A stretch of 47,455 bases of DNA from Gammaproteobacteria bacterium. Lineage in GTDB: Bacteria > Pseudomonadota > Gammaproteobacteria > Pseudomonadales > Azotimanducaceae. The stretch spans positions 1 to 47,455 of the forward strand of contig PAMO01000028.1 in assembly GCA_002707325.1 (NCBI GenBank), written 5' to 3'. This document shows, piece by piece, positions 27,859 to 35,867 of the stretch. Within the stretch, counting starts at the first letter, position 1. The number at the start of each line of letters is the position of its first letter. The position numbers and the translations under genes are program-made. The notes beneath the pieces were generated by a model. It worked only from the letters and a program-made list of their open reading frames with translations. It ran no database searches and was not told the DNA's origin.

Positions 27859-28701
27859 CTAGGTAGCAAGGTGTTGAATAAATAAAGTTGGGACTCCCCG
27901 AGTATGCGACTTTACCGTGCACACAACGGTATTCGGCTTCCTACCTTCTCTTATCTCGCTTACCTCTACGTTTTCCCTAATTAAGCGGTCACGCGCTAAG
28001 TCCAAATCATCGACTGACCAAGCTAATCCCCATAGGGAATCCTGTGTTTCTTTACTATCCCCCCTGCCAATCACCTCAATTGTGGTTTTGTTAAGCCGGA
28101 AGAACAACATCCTGCCACCCCACTGCTCCACTGTCTGGTCAAGACTTAATCTTATACCTAGGGCATCTTGATATAACGCCACAAACCCATCAGGATCATT
28201 GGTGTTAATGACCACGTGATCTAGTCGCCCCATCTGCGACGCATTGGCTTCTATCTCTCCCAGGGTACCAGTAAGGTGTTCTATTGCTAATAGCCGAAGC
28301 CCCCTCGTTGAGGCCCCCAGAAAAAAAGCGCTTTTCCAAGTCCGGGTCTTTACACCATCTCGGCTCACCCCTTTACCATTGGCTATCTTTCCCATTCTTA
28401 TATCTTTGCTAGCTAAGGCGGTTTTCAAAGCATCCAGATTATCGGTCCGCAGAGCCATCCCGCATAAGCCCTCTCCGTTGTCATGCAAGCTCTCTTGGAC
28501 CATGTCCGCTCCCGGCCCCCGGCCTCGGGCACTCAATAATTCTAGGTAGGTATTCTGAACTGGGAAAAGCGCGTTTTCCGTGCCAAGCTGGGGGTGGTTT
28601 CCCATCCATATCGGTGGAAAACCCAGAACCTTGGTGTAATCATCTGTAGCGGCATCCAGGTCATCCACAGCGATAATTAGGTGATCCAATTTGTTAAACA
28701 T
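27859..28701 (-). CDS. Two-domain VOC (glyoxalase/bleomycin-resistance/dioxygenase) superfamily protein
   Basis: Two repeats of the VOC signature (LDHLIIAVDDLDAATDDYTKVLGF and LDHVVINTNDPDGFVALYQDALG). Start chosen at MFNKLDH (28701). The track ORF extends to 28794, but that extension overlaps the divergent gene. Confidence 0.75.
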   Translation of the reverse strand: MFNKLDHLIIAVDDLDAATDDYTKVLGFPPIWMGNHPQLGTENALFPVQNTYLELLSARGRGPGADMVQESLHDNGEGLCGMALRTDNLDALKTALASKDIRMGKIANGKGVSRDGVKTRTWKSAFFLGASTRGLRLLAIEHLTGTLGEIEANASQMGRLDHVVINTNDPDGFVALYQDALGIRLSLDQTVEQWGGRMLFFRLNKTTIEVIGRGDSKETQDSLWGLAWSVDDLDLARDRLIRENVEVSEIREGRKPNTVVCTVKSHTRGVPTLFIQHLAT

Positions 28702-28729
28702 ATATGAGGTATTACTTAGAGTAGTGGTC

Positions 28730-30544
28730 ATGCTTGCACTGGTTAGTGCGTTACCCAGCTGCGGTGGCGGGGCTTCGCTTGAAAGCAAGGCCAACCCTCT
28801 ATCAATTCAGGTCTCCGGTTTGGTAAATAATAACTTCAGCTATATGCCACAAAGTATAACGGTAGAATCGAATTATCCGAACTGCGGATATAAGCTCTCT
28901 CAAAATGATCAGTCGCCCAAAATTCTACATACTAAAACATCAAACGATAAAGACTTCATTTTTCGCAATCCAATACTCTATGAGGCAACATCGGATATTA
29001 CCCTTACAATATCAACCATCTCTTCACCCGACTGCCCAGCTGGCTTCAAAGATATTCACTTCAGTATCCAACGATATCCGACCGATTTCTCTGTCGAACC
29101 GCGAAATCCGGCCAATCTCAACACAAGAGTATTTCAGGTTAGTGACATTGGGTTTGGTGGGTTAGTCATTACCGATCGTTATACTGCAACTATATGCTAT
29201 CCAACTCCTGACGACTGTGAGCCTATAACCGATCAGCTGTTTGGCCAGGACGCACACAATATGACCGCCGGCGATTTCAATGGTGATGGGCACGAAGATT
29301 TGTTAGTAGCTTGGGCTATATTCCCCCACACCATCGAAGAGTCGCAAAAAATAAATGCCCCGATCAACATCTATTTAAATAATGGTCAGGGCCGCTTTGC
29401 AGAGGACCTAGCTATTTATGCCGCGGGGCATCCTCCAACACACCCCTTCGCCTACAGGGTGGTCGTTGAGGATTTTAATGGCGATGGAATCGACGATGTG
29501 TTCGCCGGTTCTATGGGTATACAGGTCAGAAGTCCTAACCACGAAGAAGACTATATAGACCCGTACCCCCACCTTCTCCTGCTTTCTGATCAAAATGGCC
29601 AGTTAGTTGAGGCAAAGGAAAATATTGAGAGCAATAATTCTCAAGCGAACTCCCTCTGCAGTTTTGCCCATGATGCGAGCGCGGGAGATGTCGATGGCGA
29701 CCATGATATAGATATATTCGCCTGCAATGTTTTGCTGATAAATGATGGGGCCGGCAACTTCCATGTCCACCAATACATAAATCAGGATTGGAGGTCTGCC
29801 AACCAATATGGAAACCCTATGAGCAGTTTGGTCAAGGATCTCAACAATGACGGTTTTGATGACCTGTTATTTTGGAGCTTCGATAATAGATCTAGCTGGT
29901 CCAGCGCAGATGAGGGATACATTTTGCTGAGCGACCATACGGCTCAAATAGAAAACTGGGAACAGATTCCTCTGCCAGTAGGTCCATTCGGGTATGACCA
30001 CAATAAATACAACCATGCCACATCAGGCGACTTGAATGGGGACGGCCATATGGACGTGGCTGTGGCCATCACCCGCGATATACCGTACTACGAAGGCAGC
30101 TACATACAGATACTCATTAATGACGGGACCGGTCAACTAGACGATCAAACTGACTCCCGATTCCCCAACCAGGCTCGTGCTGACACTCACCATGGGGAAG
30201 GCAACATCTATGCCAACGATTTTAACATGGATGGGCATATCGATATTATTCATTCTACAAGGGATTATCAAAGCGGTTACCACGGGGTTAATATCGCCAT
30301 AAACAACGGGGATGGTTCGTTCACCTCTCTTGCTGAGAGCGATCTTCCAATGCGCCCACGCGAGTTAGGCCTAAATAGTCTCATAACCCAAGGGGACTAT
30401 AACTATTTGACAAAAGGACTCCCCATCAATGCCGATAATGAAGCCTGCCTGGATTTAATCTCGGCCACTGAGGTCGGCTTGGGCGACCCACCTGCAACAA
30501 GAAACTATCTATTTTCAATTATCAGCAAAAGTTGTGACTTCTAG
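28730..30544 (+). CDS. FG-GAP/VCBS repeat lipoprotein (integrin-alpha-like beta-propeller)
   Basis: Lipobox MLALVSALPSCGG. Six DxNxDGxxD calcium-type repeats (GDFNGDGHEDLLV, EDFNGDGIDDVFA, GDVDGDHDIDIFA, KDLNNDGFDDLLF, GDLNGDGHMDVAV, NDFNMDGHIDIIH). ATG 28730 is preferred over TTG 28691. Confidence 0.8.
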   Translation: MLALVSALPSCGGGASLESKANPLSIQVSGLVNNNFSYMPQSITVESNYPNCGYKLSQNDQSPKILHTKTSNDKDFIFRNPILYEATSDITLTISTISSPDCPAGFKDIHFSIQRYPTDFSVEPRNPANLNTRVFQVSDIGFGGLVITDRYTATICYPTPDDCEPITDQLFGQDAHNMTAGDFNGDGHEDLLVAWAIFPHTIEESQKINAPINIYLNNGQGRFAEDLAIYAAGHPPTHPFAYRVVVEDFNGDGIDDVFAGSMGIQVRSPNHEEDYIDPYPHLLLLSDQNGQLVEAKENIESNNSQANSLCSFAHDASAGDVDGDHDIDIFACNVLLINDGAGNFHVHQYINQDWRSANQYGNPMSSLVKDLNNDGFDDLLFWSFDNRSSWSSADEGYILLSDHTAQIENWEQIPLPVGPFGYDHNKYNHATSGDLNGDGHMDVAVAITRDIPYYEGSYIQILINDGTGQLDDQTDSRFPNQARADTHHGEGNIYANDFNMDGHIDIIHSTRDYQSGYHGVNIAINNGDGSFTSLAESDLPMRPRELGLNSLITQGDYNYLTKGLPINADNEACLDLISATEVGLGDPPATRNYLFSIISKSCDF

Positions 30545-30641
30545 CTGAAAAGTCTAAGTACCAGCGCTAGGCGGAAAGTCTTTTATGTTGCGTGCCCCTC
30601 GAATAAGATAAAAGCCAATTATTGAAAGGGAATAATTAGCG

Positions 30642-30788
30642 ATGGATTGTGGATGTGGACGAAGCCCAACAGGAAAGTGTGTCGGCTGGCATAGCCTTAC
30701 TGAGGAACAATACCAGCAAGAACTACAAAATTATGAGCAGGCCATTGATCAGGAAAATGGCTCGGACGAAGACAATGTTGAAACGTAA
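30642..30788 (+). CDS. Possible 48-aa Cys-rich/acidic peptide (not in the ORF track)
   Basis: My translation is MDCGCGRSPTGKCVGWHSLTEEQYQQELQNYEQAIDQENGSDEDNVET, ending at TAA. It occupies an otherwise empty 270-bp gap and has only a weak purine-rich region upstream. Confidence 0.3.
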   Translation: MDCGCGRSPTGKCVGWHSLTEEQYQQELQNYEQAIDQENGSDEDNVET

Positions 30789-30818
30789 ATAACTGATCAC
30801 TATCTGCCGGCGGCTCTA

Positions 30819-31178
30819 TTACAACCAAGCCAGCTTGCTGTCTGTATAAATGTCTGTGTTAGGCGCAAAGTCCTGCGGCTTGTCAAGACTGCAGATGGTA
30901 ATGTCAATGCTCTCTGGGTATTTGGCAAGAATGCATGCCAATGGCGTGCCGCACGCCTCACAAAAATAGCGTGTTCCATTATCCGTAGAATGCAGTACTT
31001 TGGGATTTCCCTGAGTGTAGGCAAACCGGTCCATTGGAACAACCATCCAAGATACAAATGGTGCGGCCGAAATGCGCCGGCAAATAGAGCAGTGGCAATT
31101 GGCTGAGGGGTAATCATTTTGCTCAAAGGCATAGCGAACCTTGCCGCAAAAGCAGCCTCCTTGAATAAGCTCATCCAT
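30819..31178 (-). CDS. GFA (glutathione-dependent formaldehyde-activating / CENP-V) family protein
   Basis: 119 aa. GGCFCGKVRY plus CHCSICRR plus CEACGTPL are the zinc-binding Cys clusters of the GFA fold. The alternative overlapping ORF 30800..31174 is rejected. Confidence 0.8.
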   Translation of the reverse strand: MDELIQGGCFCGKVRYAFEQNDYPSANCHCSICRRISAAPFVSWMVVPMDRFAYTQGNPKVLHSTDNGTRYFCEACGTPLACILAKYPESIDITICSLDKPQDFAPNTDIYTDSKLAWL

Positions 31179-31280
31179 GAAATTTATCCCCCCAATATTA
31201 GCGATTCGCGTCCCATAGGTAAGGATATAGGATTAACAATATTTTGAAACGCCTCACCGAGCACATAGGCTGCCTCTTAT

Positions 31281-32537
31281 TTATCTCGGTTTGAAATTCA
31301 ACACTGTTGCGTTGATGCAATATCTTAAGGAGCCGTTAGGCCCATCATCAAAAACGTGGCCCAGATGAATGTCCGACGTTACCGATCTGATTTCCGTCCG
31401 TCGCATACCAAAACTGTTATCTGGCCTGCTATAAACGGAACCGTCTACTGGTTTTGTAAAGGACAACCAGCCAGAAGTTGAATTAAAGCGGTCTCTGGTG
31501 TCAAACAACGGCGCTCCACTAAGCTTATCCACAAAGATTCCATCGGGCGTGTTTTTGAAAGCCTTATACTCTTTGCAAAAGCGAGCATCCGTGCCCTCAT
31601 GAAACGCAACGCGGTATGCTTTAGAGTCGCCAAGCTTGAAATATCCAACCGCCTCGTAGAATTCCTTCGGCGACATATAGCCTTGGTGCCCAAACACCTC
31701 CCGTCCTTCTTCAAGAAATAATATTGTAGGGGTGGCCCATGTGGGCGAATCGATTTGTAGCCCTTCCAGCTCGCTGGCAAGCCTGAACACTAGGGGGATA
31801 TCACCCTGATAATGTTTTGCGACACGGTCTTTAAATTTTTCACAGTAAGGGCAGTATCCATCAGGCTCAATCACGACCATGCTTTTACCGGTGACTATAT
31901 CAGTGTTATCTAATGGCTTTGAGCTATTAGTCTTGCTGAATTTGACCCCTGTGGAATGATCCGGGCAATACCCATTTGGGTTTTTCTTAATGTAGTCCTG
32001 GTGGTAATTCTCGGCTTTATAGAACTCTTCAAGGGGCTTGACCTGCGTTGCTATATTTCCGTAGCCAGCGCGGTAGAGCAGCGCTTGATATTCGCTCACG
32101 GCGTTTTCGATGGCTAACCGTTGATCTTCATTTGAATACAAGATGATTGACCGATACTGTGTTCCAATATCATTGCCTTGCCTATTTATTTGCGTGGGAT
32201 CATGCGATTCGAAGTAATGAGCTAGAACCTCGTGAATTGAAATTACATTCTTGTTGAAAGTCACCTCCACAACTTCCGCATGGTTGCTCTCATTAAATCG
32301 GTTTTTTAGCTTGGTTATCTCCCTATACGTCGCCCGAACGCCACTCCCATCGGCATAGCCTGATACCGCATCTATAACTCCCGGTAGCGATTCGTAGCCC
32401 TTCTCAGCACCCCAAAAACATCCAGAGCCTAGAACAATTTTTTCAGTATGCAATGTTGCCTGATCAACTCTAGCTAGAGCTTGCGAGCCGACAAATGGTA
32501 CCCACAACATAGATATATATAAGGCGAGTTTTATCAT
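31281..32537 (-). CDS. msrAB: Exported tri-domain peptide methionine sulfoxide reductase: MsrA - thioredoxin-like - MsrB
   Basis: Signal peptide from MIKLALYISMLWVPFVGSQALA (start 32537 preferred over 32603). MsrA motif GSGCFWGAEKGY, a central CPYCEKF thioredoxin-fold motif, and C-terminal MsrB motifs (GWLSF, RTEIRS, HLGHVFDDGP, RYCINA). Confidence 0.85.
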   Translation of the reverse strand: MIKLALYISMLWVPFVGSQALARVDQATLHTEKIVLGSGCFWGAEKGYESLPGVIDAVSGYADGSGVRATYREITKLKNRFNESNHAEVVEVTFNKNVISIHEVLAHYFESHDPTQINRQGNDIGTQYRSIILYSNEDQRLAIENAVSEYQALLYRAGYGNIATQVKPLEEFYKAENYHQDYIKKNPNGYCPDHSTGVKFSKTNSSKPLDNTDIVTGKSMVVIEPDGYCPYCEKFKDRVAKHYQGDIPLVFRLASELEGLQIDSPTWATPTILFLEEGREVFGHQGYMSPKEFYEAVGYFKLGDSKAYRVAFHEGTDARFCKEYKAFKNTPDGIFVDKLSGAPLFDTRDRFNSTSGWLSFTKPVDGSVYSRPDNSFGMRRTEIRSVTSDIHLGHVFDDGPNGSLRYCINATVLNFKPR

Positions 32538-32758
32538 ATCTTCACTTAACTTATTTAAACGCTCTTTTTCCCGCAACCCGGAAAAACAACTAAGCGCGTT
32601 CATTCAATATAGCAAAAATATCCGGGTCTGGCTTAAGGGCCGGCAGCTATTAATTAATTGCTATCACCTTGCCATACAATAAAAAAATCTAGGAGGCATT
32701 CATTTTTTGAAATTCTCCGGTAGGCTTTGCCCTCACACTAACGATGGGAGGTTAACGT

Positions 32759-33664
32759 ATGCGAATAGGCATATCTGTATGCTCGAGCTATCAGATGACA
32801 GACCCTCGAGAGGGCGCGCAATACATGGTTGAACGCGCTCGCGCGGCGCGGCATGCAAATTTAGATATGCTATTTGTAGGAGACCATCATGCTACGCCAT
32901 CACACTATTTCCAAAACACGCCCATGCTTGGACGTATGCTAGCCGAATGGAATGCGAACCCGGCTGGCGCACTTTACTTGTTACCATTGTGGAATCCGGT
33001 CCTATTGGCTGAACAAATTGGGACCCTGGCCTCTATCATGAAAGGTCGCTTTATCTTGCAATGTGCTCTCGGCGGAAGTCACAAACAAAGTTTAGCTATG
33101 GGTGTAAATCCCAAAGATCGGGCCCCTATGTTTGAAGACGCTCTCGCCATCATGAAAGATTTGTGGGCCGGCAAAACGGTCGACCACGATCGGTTTTGGC
33201 CGATAGCTAATGCAAAAATCTCTCCCGTTCCGTCGGAGCCAGTGGAGGTGTGGGTCGGCGCTGTTGCGCCTGCTGCAATTAATAGAACGGCACGTGTGGC
33301 TGACGGATGGCTTGGGCAGCCTGCCCTTGGGCTATTGGAAGCTAGAAACCAAGCCAACCAATATCGACAAGCGTGCGCCGAACATGGCACAAATCCAAGT
33401 GCTGTCGCGGTTCGAAGAGACATTTTCATCGGCGAGTCAAGCCAAGAAGCGAGGAGAGTAAAGGATCAATACATGGCTAAGGGTTATCGTGGCTTTGCAG
33501 AAGATGCCTTTATGGCTGGTTCTGTCGCTGAGATAGCTGAGCAAATGATGAGGTTCGCTGAGTCTGGTTTTACTGACATTATCGTTAGAAATATGAGCAG
33601 CGATCAAGGCCAGGCATTATCGACAATTGAGCGCTTGGCCGAGGTAAAAGTGCAAATACGGTAA
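32759..33664 (+). CDS. LLM-class (luciferase-like) flavin-dependent oxidoreductase
   Basis: 301 aa. The overall pattern (MRIGIS..., LDMLFVGDHH, GRFILQCALGG, FTDIIV) resembles the TIM-barrel LLM family. This is a family-level call only. Confidence 0.65.
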   Translation: MRIGISVCSSYQMTDPREGAQYMVERARAARHANLDMLFVGDHHATPSHYFQNTPMLGRMLAEWNANPAGALYLLPLWNPVLLAEQIGTLASIMKGRFILQCALGGSHKQSLAMGVNPKDRAPMFEDALAIMKDLWAGKTVDHDRFWPIANAKISPVPSEPVEVWVGAVAPAAINRTARVADGWLGQPALGLLEARNQANQYRQACAEHGTNPSAVAVRRDIFIGESSQEARRVKDQYMAKGYRGFAEDAFMAGSVAEIAEQMMRFAESGFTDIIVRNMSSDQGQALSTIERLAEVKVQIR

Positions 33665-33779
33665 CAGATGAACGTGACCAATAGGAGCCCAAAAATATGC
33701 CCCGAAAGAAGCGATAAAGGTGTCTTTTTATTGTAATCGTGCAGTGACGAAGTGATTTTGAGGCAGGTCTGAGTTTTTT

Positions 33780-34184
33780 CTATTCGTCATGACAAGAACA
33801 ATCTTCGTTCCTACAGGTTTGGTAGTTTCTAAAATGGGCATAGGCGACCAGCATTGAGCCCAGCAAGGTAAACCCCTTTTCTCCCAATTCTCCTAAGGCG
33901 TCGGCACCTAGAGCCACGGCCGCAGTAAGCATAAGCAGCCCAAGAATGCCCATGAGTAGAAAAGAAAGGGCCTTGTGGTTTCTATATCCCACCGTTAGAG
34001 AAAAGAGGCTAACTGGAACTGCTACAAGCACAATGAATTTATGCACAAATTCATTATCAAGCGCGAGAGCAAGAAAGCCGGAACTTAAAATGATAAAAGA
34101 TGGCACAAAGAAACAATGAACCACGCATGCCAAAGACAGGGTTATTGCTACTTTATCCGCAGTTAATTGTGTTTTGATCATCAT
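33780..34184 (-). CDS. MerC-like membrane protein with a Cys/His-rich C-terminal tail
   Basis: 134 aa and four hydrophobic helices. Helix 1 has LSLACVVHCFFVP (a Cys/His pair in the membrane, as in MerC-family proteins). The tail is CRNEDCSCHDE. Confidence 0.5.
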   Translation of the reverse strand: MMIKTQLTADKVAITLSLACVVHCFFVPSFIILSSGFLALALDNEFVHKFIVLVAVPVSLFSLTVGYRNHKALSFLLMGILGLLMLTAAVALGADALGELGEKGFTLLGSMLVAYAHFRNYQTCRNEDCSCHDE

Positions 34185-34572
34185 TTTTATTCACTACTCG
34201 GCGCTAGACTTCTGCCACACAAGCGGCTAAACATGAAGTGTTTTCTGTTATTTAGAGTTAGATTCGCCATCATCTCAACCCTGTAATAGCAATTATTAGT
34301 TATATCGGGAAGATCTTCAAGATTTGCGCGAGCTTACTCAGATTAATTATTTAATTCACCCTTCTTAATTACCCGTCGGCCACAGGTCTTATCCAACCGG
34401 GGGAGGCGGCTCTCATCAACTTTGCAGAGCCCGTCCATTTTCACATTAATTGACTCGCCCCTCCCTCCATCTATATTCTTCTGGCATGGGGAGGAACGGC
34501 AATTTCAATCATGTTCCTTGTAAGACTTTTAAGCCAAGCCTGCACGATACAGTGTAGTTAAAAGGGGGCGCT

Positions 34573-35274
34573 ATGGTCATGGAAAATGAAGATATCCGCA
34601 ACCAGGTGCTTGAGGCCTGCAGAGGACTGGCCGCATGTGGATTAGGGTCAGGTATTGGCGGGCATGTTTCCGTAAGATATCCGAATGAACCTTATTTCTA
34701 TATGCATGTTTTCGATCGCACTTTCGAAGAGATGCAGATTGAAGACATTCTTTTGTTCGATTTCGAAGGCAGCCCCGTCGATTCAGGTCGAGCTCCGAGT
34801 CTTGGTATTGAGTTCCATCACGGTATCTACAAGCAGCGGCCGGACGTTCAGGCAATTGTTCACTCGCATGGTTTCTGGATAACAGCACAGGCAGCGTTGG
34901 CTCGCACTCCCAGAATCCTCAATAATGTCTCCACAGTGTTTTATGAGCGAACTACAGTAAGTCCCAACGACGATTTTGCGTCGATTGCCAAAGTTCTCGG
35001 TGATGACGACATCGCCATCGTTATTCCCTGGCATGGTGCTATCACATTAGGGGCAAACGTCGGAGAGGCGGTGTCAAGACATGTAGTATTTGACTATACG
35101 GCTCGCATGGACGTCACACTGCCGCCTGAAGCTCCACAGATGCCGCACGAGCAATGTGCTGATTTAAGAAAGCTTGTTGAACGAGCAGATTACTACAGCG
35201 AAACTTGGAAGCTGATCCAGCGTAAAGCGAAAGCAACTTATGACGGAAGTCGCGTGGTCCCAATAGTCTTCTAG
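34573..35274 (+). CDS. Class II aldolase/adducin-domain protein
   Basis: 233 aa. GGHVSVR, EFHHGIYKQRPDVQAIVHSHG (metal-binding His cluster) and PWHGAITLG. AAGGGGG Shine-Dalgarno upstream. Confidence 0.8.
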   Translation: MVMENEDIRNQVLEACRGLAACGLGSGIGGHVSVRYPNEPYFYMHVFDRTFEEMQIEDILLFDFEGSPVDSGRAPSLGIEFHHGIYKQRPDVQAIVHSHGFWITAQAALARTPRILNNVSTVFYERTTVSPNDDFASIAKVLGDDDIAIVIPWHGAITLGANVGEAVSRHVVFDYTARMDVTLPPEAPQMPHEQCADLRKLVERADYYSETWKLIQRKAKATYDGSRVVPIVF

Positions 35275-35386
35275 GCCCCTAAAATAGTTATCTAGAGCTA
35301 TTCGATCGTGACCCATTGGTTGAGATTGGACAATACTCTAAGTCTTATCTAGCGTAAGATTAATTTGAACAACATAGAGTATTAAA

Positions 35387-35848
35387 ATGAAAAGTATAGG
35401 ATCATTAATCACTACCCTTTTTTTACTCCTTTTTTTGAGTTCTTTTGCCAGAGCACAGACAGAGAAACTGGACAATCTCGCTGCATGTGCGGGTGTAGTA
35501 ATAGGGAATGGGTCCGTAGATTTCTATATGGGTGATGAGCAGTCATTTGATGATGCCGCAAATATTGCGTATTCGGCGTATCTTTCAGAGATTTTTGCTG
35601 GAGGATATGGTCAAAATGATTTGAAGGTAGCAGACCAAATCCTTGGCGGAAACGTAGACAAAATAATAAGCGCCTACAACAGCGAGAATTTTACTGCAGA
35701 TGTGTATGAAGAAGTAGTTGGGTGTTATAGGTCTCTTGCCAAACAATTAATGGAGGGAGCAGAGACTATTATTAATAATCAGAGTAAGTGGAAAAATTTA
35801 AAGGATACGTCCATTGGCACTTTGAAACGAATGCTGAGAGCGGGTTGA
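35387..35848 (+). CDS. Hypothetical secreted protein (island gene)
   Basis: 153 aa. Signal peptide MKSIGSLITTLFLLLFLSSFARA/QT and a helical-looking mature part. Its stop is 19 bp from the stop of the convergent 479-aa gene. Confidence 0.6.
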   Translation: MKSIGSLITTLFLLLFLSSFARAQTEKLDNLAACAGVVIGNGSVDFYMGDEQSFDDAANIAYSAYLSEIFAGGYGQNDLKVADQILGGNVDKIISAYNSENFTADVYEEVVGCYRSLAKQLMEGAETIINNQSKWKNLKDTSIGTLKRMLRAG

Positions 35849-35867
35849 GTTGATTTTTCATCATCAT

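Noticed and set aside
30800-31174. A 124-aa ORF overlapping the GFA gene in a different frame.
   Set aside because: The competing frame (30819..31178) carries the complete GFA Cys-cluster signature. This one has no motifs.
35288-35352. An 8-bp direct repeat, ttatctag, at 35288-35295 and 35345-35352, near the left edge of the island.
   Set aside because: It is too short to be meaningful in AT-rich DNA, and there is no matching copy at the glmS-proximal edge. It is not evidence for att sites.
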